Part shown: piece by piece, positions 1 through 12,571 of the stretch
Position numbering within the stretch: position 1 is the stretch's first letter
Layout of the letters: each line of letters opens with the position of its first letter
Assembly (NCBI RefSeq): GCF_006345805.1
Contig: NC_043011.1
Location: forward strand, 31,384,464 to 31,448,463
DNA from: Octopus sinensis
Lineage: Eukaryota
DNA: 64,000 nt
Reading direction: 5' to 3'
Made by a program: the position numbers and the translations under genes
The notes under the pieces: model-generated
What the model was told of the DNA's origin: nothing
Databases searched by the model: none
The model's input: the letters and a program-made list of their open reading frames with translations, nothing else

Positions 1-157
1 ACCATCACATGATATCTAAACAAGAGTATACACATACACTTGTGCGCATACACACACACACATTCTTACATGTGTAAAACATGTCATACAAACAGACAGA
101 TGTGTGTGTGTGTAAAAAATTATTCTGCATTGACTTGTAGCCTGTACTTAAACAACA

Positions 158-573
158 AGGCATAGGAGTGGGTGTGTGGTAACTTGCTTGCTTACCAACC
201 ACATGGTTCCGGGTTCAGTCCCACTGTGTGGCACCTTGGGCAAGTGTCTTCTACTATAGCCTCAGGCTAACCAAAGCCTTGTGAGTGGATTTGGTAGACG
301 GAAACTGAAAGAAGCGCATCATATATATGTGTGTGTATATATGTGTGTGTGTGTGTGAGTGTATGTTTGTGTGTCTGTGGTTTGGCCCCCCCCAACATCG
401 CTTGACAACCGAAGCTGTTGTGTTTACATCCCCGTAACTTAGCGGTTCGACCAAAGAGACCGATAGAATAAGTACTAGGCTTACAAAGAATAAGTCCTAG
501 GGTCGATTTGCTCGACTAAAGGCGGTGCTCAAACATAGCCACAGTCAAATGACTGAAACAAGTAAAAGAGTAA
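158..573 (+). mobile_element. Bipartite tRNA-derived SINE family A (head + TA/TG microsatellite + tail)
   Basis: A-box-like TGGCTGTGTGG and B-box-like GGTTCAGTCCC in family copies; ACCTTGGGCAAGT motif; conserved tail ending gactgaaacaagtaaaaga; many copies in the window. Confidence 0.85.
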
Positions 574-657
574 CAAGGTCAAATAAGGGATATTAAAGGG
601 ATATTAAAAAACATACAAGTTACATTTTTGATTAATTGAAATTATCTCGATTTTCAG

Positions 658-681
658 AGAAGGTAGACCTATTTTTTTATG
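658..681 (+). CDS. Candidate micro-exon (24 nt) of unknown host gene, KVDLFFY
   Basis: ttttcag acceptor and TATG|gtaatt donor; phase 1-1 frame joins the 850-878 exon. Confidence 0.4.
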
Positions 682-849
682 GTAATTGGGAACAACTCCA
701 AATGAGAAGGAAAGATAATCTCAAGAATCAAAAACTCTCTAACACTGACATGCCATTAAGACAAGACAGTTTTTGATTGGTTGGACACAAGATTAGAGCT
801 GAGGGCATATAGATATCATCAGAACATTCATTTTACTTATCTCTAACAG

Positions 850-878
850 ATAGCATAGTTAAACATTTACAAAATAGT
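850..878 (+). CDS. Candidate micro-exon (29 nt), DSIVKHLQNS
   Basis: tatctctaacag acceptor and AGT|gtagat donor; leaves an 81-nt intron to the next exon. Confidence 0.35.
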
Positions 879-959
879 GTAGATCATATTGATAGCCTAG
901 GGCTGGGGGATATACATGCATGGGCAACTGCTAGTCATCCGCAAAAACCCCTTTCTTAG

Positions 960-1002
960 ATTAGTGCCTTGGAGAAGACATCTCCAGTGGAAGAAACTTA
1001 TG
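960..1002 (+). CDS. Candidate micro-exon (43 nt), ISALEKTSPVEETY
   Basis: cccctttcttag acceptor and TATG|gtcagt donor; phase 0-1. Confidence 0.45.
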
Positions 1003-1022
1003 GTCAGTCATACCCAAAGAGG

Positions 1023-1081
<59 letters not shown>

Positions 1082-1178
1082 AAATTTACCGTAAATGGTC
1101 CTTTTACATACTGAACACTGCTTGGTAAAATTATTAATTACTAATTAATTAATTAATTTTACCCTTATTATTATGCAG

Positions 1179-1363
1179 GTGGCACGTAAAAAGCACCCAC
1201 TACACTCACGGAGTGGTTGGCGTTAGGAAGAGCATCCAGCTGTAGAAACATTGCCAGATAAGACCGGAGCCTGGGGCAGCCTTCTGGCTTCCCAGATTCC
1301 CGGTCGAACCGTCCAACCCATGCTAGCATGGAGAACGGACGTTAAATGATGATGATGATGATG
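1179..1363 (+). mobile_element. RTE 3'UTR/tail fragment (same family as 7593-9380)
   Basis: ggttggcgttaggaag..ccatgctagcatgg..(GAT)n; further copies at 2247-2620(-), 21258-21528(+), 30923-31307(-), 35858-36260(-, includes ORF end) and 46620-47048(+). Confidence 0.8.
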
Positions 1364-1820
1364 ATATATATATATATATGCTTCAAATATCAGGATAAAA
1401 TTTTTTGAAAAAGCTTTTTTAATATAGATGTACACACACACACACATAAAACATGGTACTGGCTAGATTATTGGATGTTGTTGTATATCACTGTTCACAA
1501 TGTACTTTGCATCATTTTAGCTTTCAACTGATGCCACCTTGTTGGCTAGGTGAGCAGGCCAACATTCCCTCCAGCTTGGAAGGCTATTGTGTCACAGGTT
1601 TATCCATTTACTGCTGACTGTACTGGAACAATGTAAAGTGAAGTGTTTTTCTGAAGAACACAGCACACTTCCTGGTCTGGGAATTGAACTCATGATCTAG
1701 TGATTGTGAGTGTAACATGCTAACCACTAGTCTATGCACCTTCGTACAAATATACATGCATTCATTCATAGATAGATAGATAGATAGATAGATACATACA
1801 TACATACATACATACATACA

Positions 1821-2246
1821 TTCTTTTATTCTTTTACTTGTTTCAGTCATTTGACTGCGGCCATGCTGGAGCACCACCTTTAGTCAAGCAAATCGACCCC
1901 AGGACTTATTCTTTATAAACCTAGTACTTATTCTATTGGTCTCTTTTGCTGGACCGCTAAGTTATGGGGACGTAAAAGCACCAGCATCGGTTGTCAAGCA
2001 ATGTTGGGGGCACAAACACAGACACACCCACACACACACACACACATATATATATATACATATATACATACATACATGCGTACATACATACATACATACA
2101 TACATATATACATACATACATATATATATATATACATATATATACGACAGGCTTCAGTTTCAGCCCAAGGTGCCATGCAGTGGGACTGAACCCAGAACCA
2201 TGTGGTTGGTAAGCAAGCTGCTTACCACACAGCCACTCTTGCGCCT
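1821..2246 (-). mobile_element. SINE family A, internally deleted head
   Basis: reverse complement of the 158-573 head and tail. Confidence 0.8.
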
Positions 2247-2662
2247 GTAACGATCACGCTCGAATGGTGCCTTTTACGTGCCACCGGCAAGGAAGCTAGT
2301 TAGCCACTCTGGCAACAATCACGCTCGGATGGTGCTCTTAGCACCCTACTAGCATTGGCAGAAGTGCCAGTAAGGCAACGCTGGTAACAATTACACTCGA
2401 ACGGTGCCTTTTATGTGCCACTGGCACAGAAGCCGGTTAGCCTCTCTGTCAATGATTACACTCGTATGGTGCTCTTTGCACCCCACTAGCACGGATGCCA
2501 GTCATCGAATTTGATTTTGATTTCACTTGCCTCAACAGGTCTTCACAAGCAGAGTTTAGTGCCCAAAGAAGGAAAAGGTACGCATAAGTGGGCTGGTTAT
2601 GCCCCTGGCATAGGCCACGAGCTGCTTGTATGTATGTATGTTTTCTTTCTCTCTTTTTTTAG

Positions 2663-2726
2663 CTTTAATTTTGCCCGGCTGCCTGCTTGGTACCAAGTTT
2701 GTAAAGGAAAGCATCCTGTTTTGTTT
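2663..2726 (+). CDS. Candidate exon (64 nt), ALILPGCLLGTKFVKESILFC (alternative frame FNFARLPAWYQVCKGKHPVLF)
   Basis: long polypyrimidine tract ending ttttttag; donor TTT|gtaagc; two frames are open. Confidence 0.65.
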
Positions 2727-2825
2727 GTAAGCCTTTAAATTTTAAGAAGGTCATAAATATAAATTTTGTCATTTGTGATACTTTATGTGCTGAATGCATG
2801 ACTTTAACCTTTTATCAAATTTTAG

Positions 2826-2856
2826 TAGGTTATTAGACAGCCTCCTTACCCTGTCT
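2826..2856 (+). CDS. Candidate micro-exon (31 nt), FRLLDSLLTLS (alternative: 2829-2900, VIRQPPYPVCKSNLNIAYTVFHIQ)
   Basis: aaattttag acceptor and TCT|gtaaat donor; phase 2-0 fits both neighbours. Confidence 0.5.
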
Positions 2857-2979
2857 GTAAATCTAATTTGAATATTGCGTATACAGTGTTCCACATACAG
2901 GTAGTAAGCTGTTTCCTGAATTATTGTTATATGAATGTTATGTGCAATAATTAAACGAAGTAGTTATTAAATCTGTCAG

Positions 2980-3045
2980 TTCCATGGAGGTGTTTTTGAT
3001 GTTGTTAATGATGTATTGCAGAATTTAAAAGATGTTTTCTTTCAG
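2980..3045 (+). CDS. Candidate exon (66 nt), FHGGVFDVVNDVLQNLKDVFFQ
   Basis: atctgtcag acceptor and CAG|gtttac donor; phase 0-0; reads as an amphipathic helix. Confidence 0.6.
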
Positions 3046-3099
3046 GTTTACAAAGTTTATTTTTGTTTGTGAAGTGTTGTTTTATCACTCTTTTAAATT

Positions 3100-3625
3100 C
3101 TGTTTTTTGATGGCATAAACGACGCACTGGCATATTAAATACTGAATCAGGACAATAACCCCTCATAGGATAATTCCTTCGATGGCAACTACACCCTATG
3201 ACAATTACCTCCCTTGATTAATGACCTCCCCCCCTCTCCAATATTTAAGAAGTTTTAAATCATCATCTGTTGTCCTTGGTGGTGGTGGTGGAGTTATTGT
3301 CCGTGGGAGGAGTGTAAATGTCCTAGGCTCATTAAATACACCCCAATTTTACTAGCATATATTAAAGGAAAATCGTTTTCAATGCAGTAATGCATGTGTT
3401 ATTTAAAGCAATGTAAGGTGGCAAGCTTGCAGAATCATTAGCATGCTAGGTGAAATGGTTGGTGGCACTTCGCCTATCTTTATGTTCTGAGTTCAAACTT
3501 CTTGGAGGTCAACTTTGCCTTCTGTCCTTTTAGGGTTGATAAAATGAGTATCACTTGAACTTTGGTGTGGGTTGGTTGACTTACATTCTCACCCAAACTT
3601 GCTGGCCTAGTGCCAAACTTTGAAA

Positions 3626-3672
<47 letters not shown>

Positions 3673-3751
3673 ATTATTATTATTATTATTATTATATATT
3701 ATTATTATTATTATTAATATTATTATTATTATTATTATTAATAATATGAAG

Positions 3752-3782
<31 letters not shown>

Positions 3783-4314
3783 TATTATTGAGTGAGAGAG
3801 CAGTGCATGCCATCAAAGTGACACTGGGGTAAAATATATGAAGCCCAGTATATCCATCATGATTGCCCGTCTGATAAAGGTACATCAGGTGCATCTCAAC
3901 CATATGTGCACGACATGGTGATCTCATATCAAGATAAACAATTCATGACCTTGCAGGTGGGGCCCCGTTAGAATTTTCTTCAGGTCGAGTAGCACATCCT
4001 GCTCAAACGGTCTCTGAATAAGGGTTGTTTAAGGATGTTGAACAAAACACCCATGTTTCCAAAGGTGAATTCTCCAAACCCCAAAGAATTCCTCTCAACA
4101 CATGGCTATGATGCTCCCCCACTACTTCTGCTCATGATCAGAGATGAACATATCGTCAGCCACTAAAGGGCATGCTCAACTGGTTATGGTCAAACAACTG
4201 ACAAGCAAATCTCTGGTATTGAACAGAATATTTGATGTAGCCTCATCTTTTATACCAAGACAATCAGTTAAGATGAGAAGCCTTGAGAGTTACTGCCTGG
4301 TACTGCATCAGGAC

Positions 4315-4359
<45 letters not shown>

Positions 4360-4463
4360 CATCATCATCATTATTATCATTATCATTATTATCATTATTA
4401 TCATCATCATTATTATCATTATCATTATTATCATCATCATCATCATTATTATCATTATTATTA

Positions 4464-4518
<55 letters not shown>

Positions 4519-4883
4519 CATTATTATTATTATTATTATTAAGGTGATGGGCTGGCCAAATCATTAGCATGTCAGGCGAAATGCTTAGCAGCAATTCCTC
4601 TGTCTCCATGCTCTGAGTTCAAATTTCACTGAGGTTGACTTTGTCTTTCATCCTTTGGGTGGGGTGGGGGCCGATAAAAAATAAGTTCCAGTTGAGCTCA
4701 GGGTGGAGTGTGGGGTGGCATGGAAATGTCAATGTAATTGGCTTATCCCTTCCCGCCAAATTACTGGCCTTGTGCCAAAATTTGAAATCAATATTTAAAG
4801 CAATGTTACATATAGGACCCAGGGTAATTTTCGAGATATTTGGAGAGGAAAAAATAGTGCGTCTTTTATGCCATCTAAAACTG
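3100..4883. mobile_element. Degenerate Tc1/pogo-like MITE hosting a nested composite insertion
   Basis: imperfect TIR pair 3100-3127 (ctgttttttgatggcataaacgacgcac) and 4857-4883; a related TIR fragment lies near 33647. Confidence 0.5.
3790..4318 (-). mobile_element. About 530-bp non-coding interspersed element bounded by (ATT)n tracts
   Basis: unique-looking core between two (ATT/CAT)n arrays; TATA-like GGTATAAAAG on the minus strand; superfamily not determined. Confidence 0.5.
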
Positions 4884-5039
4884 TATATTCCATGGAGACC
4901 AATCATGTTAGGCAGTGTGATATCAGCAGCACTTCCTTACTTATTGTTTTTATTATTGTATTGTTGTTGTTATTTGCTGTTTTTGCTTCTATTTTTCTTT
5001 TGCATTGTCATATATTTTTATAGTGTTTTGTAAACAGTG

Positions 5040-5435
5040 TTATAATATATATAATGAAATTATTGTATACAGTGCTCAGGTGCACCACAACTTGTCAGAA
5101 AGTGCATATAAAGTACATGCAGTAATGTAGAAATGTCTGGAAAGTGAACATGCTTGTGTGTGTATGGAGGGGAGAAAATCAAGCGTAGTGTTGGCGAATC
5201 TCAGGAAGCATGGAAGTTTTGAAGGATGCAGTGCTCCGACAACTAACAACCGATGCCGGCAGTTTGTTCCACGCTTCAGCAACTCTCAGCGTGAAAAAAT
5301 GTTTCCTGAAGTCATAGGAGCTGTGCTGTTTTCTTACTTTGTAAATATGTCCATGGGTGTTAGATGGGTGGAGTTTGAAGAGGTGCTCAGAGTTATTGTT
5401 TGTGCGATGGTTGATAATTTTATGGGTGTCTGTTG
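5040..5435 (-). pseudogene. CR1-like LINE, 3' fragment
   Basis: translates DTHKIINH...KQHSSYDFRKHFFTLRVAEAWNKLPASVV; matches 56300-56630. Confidence 0.8.
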
Positions 5436-5629
5436 TTTGATTGTGATAAGGTTTAGTGCTAATGCTGTTGTTGTGTTGTTTTTGTAGTGAGACATTTCTT
5501 CATTTTACAGTATGTTAGAGTTGAGCTGTTCTGTTTGATGGGAACTGTGTTAAATGTGAAATGCAGTCATCAGTCATCAGAAGAGCTCCTTATAAAAATT
5601 CATCAACTTATTTTCCTTATAATTTAACA

Positions 5630-6033
5630 AGGCGTAGGAGTGGCTGTGTAGTAAGTAGCTTGCTTACGAACCGCATGGTTCTGGGTTCAGTCCCTCTGTG
5701 TGGCACCTTGGGCAAGTGTCTTCTACTATAACCTCAGGCCGACCAAAGCCTTGTAAGTGGATTTGGTAGACGGAAACTGAAAGAAACCCGTCGTATATAT
5801 GTATATATATGTGTGTGTGTGTGTGTGCGTTTGTGTGTCTGTGTTTGTCCCCCCAACATCGCTTGACAACCGATGGTGATGTGTTTACGTCCCCGTAACT
5901 TAGCGGTTTGGCAAAAGAGACTGATAGAATAAGTACTAGGCTTACAAAGAATAAGTCCTGGGGTCGATTTGCTCGACTAAAGGCAGTGCTCCAGCATGGC
6001 CACTGTCAAATGACTGAAACAAGTAAAAGAATA
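5630..6033 (+). mobile_element. SINE family A, full composite
   Basis: close match to 158-573. Confidence 0.85.
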
Positions 6034-7029
6034 AGAGACCGATTTTTATCTATCTTCTGTACATTTCTCTTGTCCTATATGATGTTTATGTTAAAAACAT
6101 TGTAGAAGGTAAGAGATAAAAGGAACACAGAATCTCTCTCACTCTCTCCTCCTCTTTCTATCTGCTTATCTTCTCTCCTGCTCTTGATACTCACTTTCTC
6201 TTTCCTATTTATCGCGACATACTCCCTGTGTAATAAAGGATGATATTCAATCTATCCATATGCAGTCTCTTTTAGGTGTATTCTCTCTCTCTTTCTCTCT
6301 CTCTCTCTCTAGTTCTCTCTCTTTCTAGCTCTCTCTCTCTCTCTCTTTAGCTTTCTCTCTCCATAGCTCTTTGTCTCTAGCTTTCTGTCTCTATCTAGCT
6401 CTCTCTATCTCTATCTTTCTCCCCCTAGTTCTTTTTCTAGCTCCCTCTGTCTCTAGCTCTCTTTCTCTTTCTAACTCCCTCTCGCCTCCTACCACACTCT
6501 CACCTCCTACAACACTCTCACCCTTTCTGTCAGTGATCTCTCCACTGTTTCCATTCTCCGTGTGTGCTGTGGAAACCAGACCAGAAATGAAATGTGTGAG
6601 TAAGGTGTGGTCCTCTGACCAATCTAGGAGAGCTACCTACTCCAAAGAAGGACTGACTTGGGACTATATTGAAATGCCCAATCCATGCCAAGATGGAAAG
6701 TGGGCTTAAACTGATGATGATGGTGGTAGTGGCAGAGGAGGAAGGAGGAGAAGAAGAAGAAAAAGAAGAAGTGAGAGGAGTAGATGGCTGGAGAGGAGGG
6801 GAGAAACAGAAGGGGAATGTATGGTTGGCTCAGTGTTATAGCAGAAGACACTTGCCCAAGATATCACACAGCGGAACTGAATTCAGAACCTTATAGCTAG
6901 GAAGCGAACGTTTTAACCTCACAATCATACCTGCCCCTATGTAACCACCACCACCACCACCACCATCACCACCACCACCACCACCACCACCACCACCACA
7001 ACCACCACCACCACCACCACCACCATCAC

Positions 7030-7062
<33 letters not shown>

Positions 7063-7519
7063 TTAATGTCCGTTTTTCCATTCTGGCATGGGTTGGACTA
7101 CTATACCTGTGCCTATATTTATAGTTAAGTTTTTAATGGTCCCTGTATTAAATGTGATAGCACCTACTTCACCATTGTTTTTCATGCAGATGGTGTCACT
7201 CAGTAATTTATTCTCTACCCAAAAGCATTCTACAGAATTACAAACAGACTACTATGCTTGGTTGGCATCATGCTTCATGTTGACTGTTTCTGTTCCCATC
7301 TAATACTGCTTCACATCTACGAATGTTCCCTGATATCCACATCAGTATCTGGTGGAACCATAGAAACGATAAACATATACAATAGCCTCTACATACTTTA
7401 GCACATGTGTATATTGGAGAATAATTTAATGTTTATGCATGTAAATACCACCACATAAATACACACACACATAATACATATAAGTATATTAATTTATATT
7501 TAAACAATAAACATATATT

Positions 7520-7563
<44 letters not shown>

Positions 7564-7592
7564 TGTATATATGTATATATGTATATATGTAT

Positions 7593-9380
7593 ATCATCAT
7601 CGTTCGTTTAGCGTCCGCTTTCCATGCTAGCATGGGTTGGACGGTTCAACTGGGGTCTGAGAAGCCAGAAGACTGCACCAGGCCCAGTTGATCTGGCAAT
7701 GTTTCTACGGCTGGATGTCCTTCCTAATGCCAACCACTCCATGAGTGTAGTGGGTGCTTTTTACATGTCACCGGCACAGGTGCCAGACGAGTCTGGCAAA
7801 CGGCCATGATCGGATGGTGCTTTTTACTTTGAATAGTGATTTTTATGTGCCACCGGCACGAGGCCAGTTGGGGCGGCACTGGCAACAGCCATGTTCGGAT
7901 GGTCCTCTTACGTGCCACCGGCACTAGTATCAGAGCTGCAATTTCCATTGCCTCAACAGGTCTTCACAAGTAGAGTTTTGTGTCCCAAGAAGGAACGGTA
8001 TGCATAAGTGGACTGACTACATCCCGTGTAGCAGCCACGGGTTATGGTCTCACTTGTCCTGCCGGGTCTTCTCACGCACAGCATACTTCCAAAGGTCTCG
8101 GTCTCTAGTCATTTCCTCAGTGAGACCTAAAGTTCGAAGGTTGTGCTTCACCACCTTGTCCCAGGTTTTCCTGGGTCTGCCTCTTCCACAGGTTCCCTCA
8201 ACCGCTAGGGTGTGGCACTTTTTCACACAACTATCTTCATCCATTCTCGCCATATGACCATACCAGCGCAAACGTCTCTCTTGCACACCACCACTGATGC
8301 TTCTTAGGTCCAGCTTTTCTCTCAAAGTACTTACACTATGTTGAGTATGAACACTGACACTGCACATCCATTGGAGCATACTGGCTTCATTTCTTGCCAG
8401 CTTACGCATATCCTCAGCAGTCACGGCCCATGTTTCACTGCCATGTAGCATGGCTGTTCATACACACGCGTCATACAGTCTGCCTTTTACTCTGAGCGAG
8501 AGGCCTTTTGTCACCAGCAGAGGTAAGAGCACTCTGAACTTTGCCCAGGCTATTCTTACTCTAGCAGTTACACTTTCAGCACACCCGCCCCCGCTACTGA
8601 CTTAGTCACCTAGGTAACGGAAGCTATCAACTATTTCTAGTTTTTCTCCCTGGAATGTGGCAGAAGTTGGTCTCAGAGCATTTTCAGTGTTTATGTATGT
8701 ATATATGTATATATGTATATATATATATGTATATCATCATCGTTCGTTTAGCGTCTGCTTTCCATGCTAGCATGGGTTGGACGGTTCAACTGGGGTCTGG
8801 GAAGCCAGAAGGCTGCACCAGGCCCAGTCTGATCTGGCAATGTTTCTACGGCTGGATGCCCTTCCTAATGCCAACCACTCCGTGAGTGTAGTGGTGCTTT
8901 TTATGTGCCACTGGCACAGGTGCCAGACGAGTCTGGCAAATGGCCACAATCGGATGGTGCTTTTTACGTGCCACCGGCATGGGGGCCAGGCGAGGCTGGG
9001 AACGGCCATGAATGGATGGTGATTTTTATGTCCCACTGGCACGAGGCCAGTTGGGGCAGCGCTGGCATCTGCCACATACGAAAAATATCTTCCTAGTTAG
9101 CCTTCCTTTGACATTGCTGCACCTCTTATGTGTCCATAGCTTACACTTGGTGCATCTTATAGAGTTTCTACCTACACCTTTTCTACAGATCGAGCAGGGC
9201 CATCTACCTGAAGGTGTTTGTGATTTGTCTACCTTCCTACTTATTAGGACTTTGGTTTTAGCTAGATTGACTCTAAGGCCCTTCGATTCTAATCCTTGCT
9301 TCCACACCTGAAACTTCTCCTCCACTTGTGATAGCGACTCAGCAATTAGAGCAAGGTCATCAGCATAGAGGAGCTCCCAT
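7593..9380 (-). mobile_element. 5'-truncated RTE-clade LINE (RT C-terminal part, 3'UTR, (GAT)n tail), interrupted at 8694-9073
   Basis: LLYADDL motif near 9375; FRYLG; LHGSETW; RRLRWYGH; GRGRPRKTW; in-frame stops. Confidence 0.9.
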
Positions 9381-9849
9381 ATATATATATATGTATATAT
9401 ATATATATGTATGTAATATATGTATATATATATATATATATAGTATGTATATATATATATATATGTATGTATATATATATATATATATGTATGTATATAT
9501 ATATATAGTATGTATATATATATATATATGTATGTATATATATATATATATATATGTATGTATATATATAATATATATATATATGTATGTATGTATGTAT
9601 GTATATATATATATATGTATGTATGTATATATAATATATATATATATGTATATTATATATATATGTATGTATATATGTATATATATATATATATGTATAT
9701 ATATAATATATATAATATATATATATAATATATATATGTATGTATGTATGTATGTATATATTATATATGTATGTATGTATGTATAATATATGTATGTATG
9801 TATGTATGTAATATATATGTATGTATATATGTATATATATATATATATG

Positions 9850-9896
<47 letters not shown>

Positions 9897-10025
9897 ATAT
9901 GTATATATATATATGTATGTATATATGTATATATAATATATATATATAATATATATGTATGTATGTATGTATATATATATAATATGTATATATATATATA
10001 TATATAATATATATATATATATATA
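9378..10025. repeat. (TA)n/(TATG)n microsatellite block
   Basis: direct reading; similar large blocks at 10810-11560, 15340-15730, 19490-19680, 38590-39550, 58140-58660 and 60640-61145. Confidence 0.95.
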
Positions 10026-10185
10026 AAACATTTTACCTTTGCCCATATAATACACTAAATGAATTGATTGCATCGCAATCCTTATCATTTATGTATTAAC
10101 CTTGTGGGTACTTCACTAGCAGTATATTGGATATATGTTATCCCATGGAGGGTTGCATTTACAACCCCTATCTCAATTTGTATAT

Positions 10186-10247
<62 letters not shown>

Positions 10248-10443
10248 TATGTATATATATATACATACATACCTAAATGTCTATCGATGAAAATGACTGC
10301 TCAACACTGCATTGGTGGATATAATTTCTGTATTTGTGAATTGAGGTGACCGTTGGTTTCATGTTAAGAAAAGAAGGAAAATATTCTAATGTCTGAACAA
10401 TTTTTGAAGTGGGTATATATATATATTATATATATACTCACAT

Positions 10444-10489
<46 letters not shown>

Positions 10490-12121
10490 ATATATATATA
10501 TATCACCGTGACTGACCAGGCTATCAGATGTTGCTACACATCACTGGTCACAATGCGCTTTGCATTGTTTTAGCCTTCAAATGACGCCACCCTGCTGGCT
10601 AAGTGAGCAGGCCAACAGAAGAAAGAGTGATAGCCATCATCATCATCATCATCATGCATACATATACATATATAATGTATTAGTTTGATACTTGGTAAGA
10701 AGAGTGAGTTTTTGACATTTCAAGCATAGTTCTTTGTCAGAAATGAAAATGGATAAGTTCAAAGAAGGGGTGGGGTGGAAACACCAACAGCACATGTGAA
10801 GTTACACATACATGCCTACATACACACATACATACATAAGTACATGCATACATACATACATACATACATACATACATACATACATACATGCATGCATGCA
10901 TGCATGCGTGCATGTATGTATATATGTATGTATGTATGCATGCATGCATGTATGTATGCATGTACTTAAGTATGTATGTATGTATGTATGTACTTATGTA
11001 TGTATGCATGTACTTATGTATGTATGTATGTATGTATGTACTTATGTATGTATGTATGCATGCATGCATGTATGTATGCATGTACTTATGTATGTATGTA
11101 TGTATGTATGTATGTACTTATGTATGTATGCATGTACTTATGTATGTATGTATGTATGTATGTACTTATGTATGTATGTATGTACTTATGTATGTATGTA
11201 TGCATGCATGCATGTATGTATGCATGTACTTATGTTGTATGTATGTATGTATGTATGTATGTATGTATGTATGTATGTATGTACTTATGTATGTATGCAT
11301 GTACTTATGTATGTATGTATGTATGTACTTATGTATGTATGTATGTACTTATGTATGTATGTATGCATGCATGCATGTATGTATGCATGTACTTATGTAT
11401 GTATGTATGTATGTATGTATGTATGTATGTATGTACTTATGTATGTATGCATGTACTTATGTATGTATGTATGTATGTACTTATATATGTATGTATGTAC
11501 TTATGTATGTATGTATGCATGCATGCATACATACATACATACATACATACAGACAGACAGACAGACAGACATATTTGCTCTATATGTGTGTATATACACT
11601 CAGCTGTATGTAACATAAAAAGAAAAGAAAAATATATAAATACATAAATATATTTCACACGCACACACACACACACACACATTCACTCATACACACACAT
11701 GCATAAACATACATACTCCACGTATTCTATACATGAGTATAATTAGATCTTTTATCTTTTACTTGTTTTCAGTCATTTGTCTGTGGCCATACTGGGGCAC
11801 TGCCTTGAGCTTAGCTCTAATTTTTTTTAAAGCCTGGTACTTATTCTATCTGTCTCTTTTGCTGAACTGCTAAGTTACAGAGGACATAAATACACCAGTT
11901 GTCGAGTGGTGGTGGTGGTGGAGACAAACAAAGACACAGAAAACACACACACACACACACAGATGTTGGGAAGCAAGCCTCTAACCACATCCTCGCCAGT
12001 GCCTAAGAGATTAAAAAAGACAATAGAGAAACAGACGAAACTAAAGTAATGACAATATTTTGATTGACTCATGAATAATCAACATAACATATGTAATTAT
12101 GTAATTAATTTCTGTTGAAAG

Positions 12122-12161
12122 AATGGTTGACGAATCACTGGCTGATGTGAGCAGATTAGTG
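12122..12161 (+). CDS. Candidate micro-exon (40 nt), MVDESLADVSRLV
   Basis: ttctgttgaaag acceptor and strong GTG|gtaaga donor; only one frame is open (phase 2-0). Confidence 0.55.
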
Positions 12162-12511
12162 GTAAGAAAATATATAGTAAAAGAGGAAAGGCATGAACTT
12201 TGGTGTGTGGTTAAGGAGCTCATTTTGCAACAATGTGGTTTTGGGTGGGTAGGATTATTAGGTAGGTTGAAGGATAGATAAATAGATAGGTAGATAACTG
12301 TATGCATGCATACATACATACATACATATATATATATGGATGGATAGATGGATGGATATACATTACACACACACACACATATATTAACTTGTATGTGTGT
12401 GTAGATAGAAAATTTGATAGATGGATAGATAAATAGATAGACAGATAAGAGAGAGAGAGAGAGGGGGGATAGATAAATATTTAGATATTCAGGTGGATGG
12501 GTGAATATCTA

Positions 12512-12571
<60 letters not shown>

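Noticed and set aside
5511-5627. Open frame YVRVELFCLMGTVLN after a good acceptor
   Set aside because: No convincing donor site, so it was left out of the gene model.
5630-5710. tRNA-like sequence
   Set aside because: A/B boxes continue into a SINE body with no acceptor stem; it is a SINE head, not a tRNA gene.
6534-6595. Segment with cag acceptor and gtgagt donor (DLSTVSILRVCCGNQTRNEM)
   Set aside because: Phases cannot be linked to neighbouring exons without further unseen exons.
9328-11682. Long YI/MYVC/HTYI ORFs (also at 15.3, 38.5-39.5 and 60.6-61.1 kb)
   Set aside because: They are translations of (TA)n, (TATG)n and (TCTA)n microsatellites.
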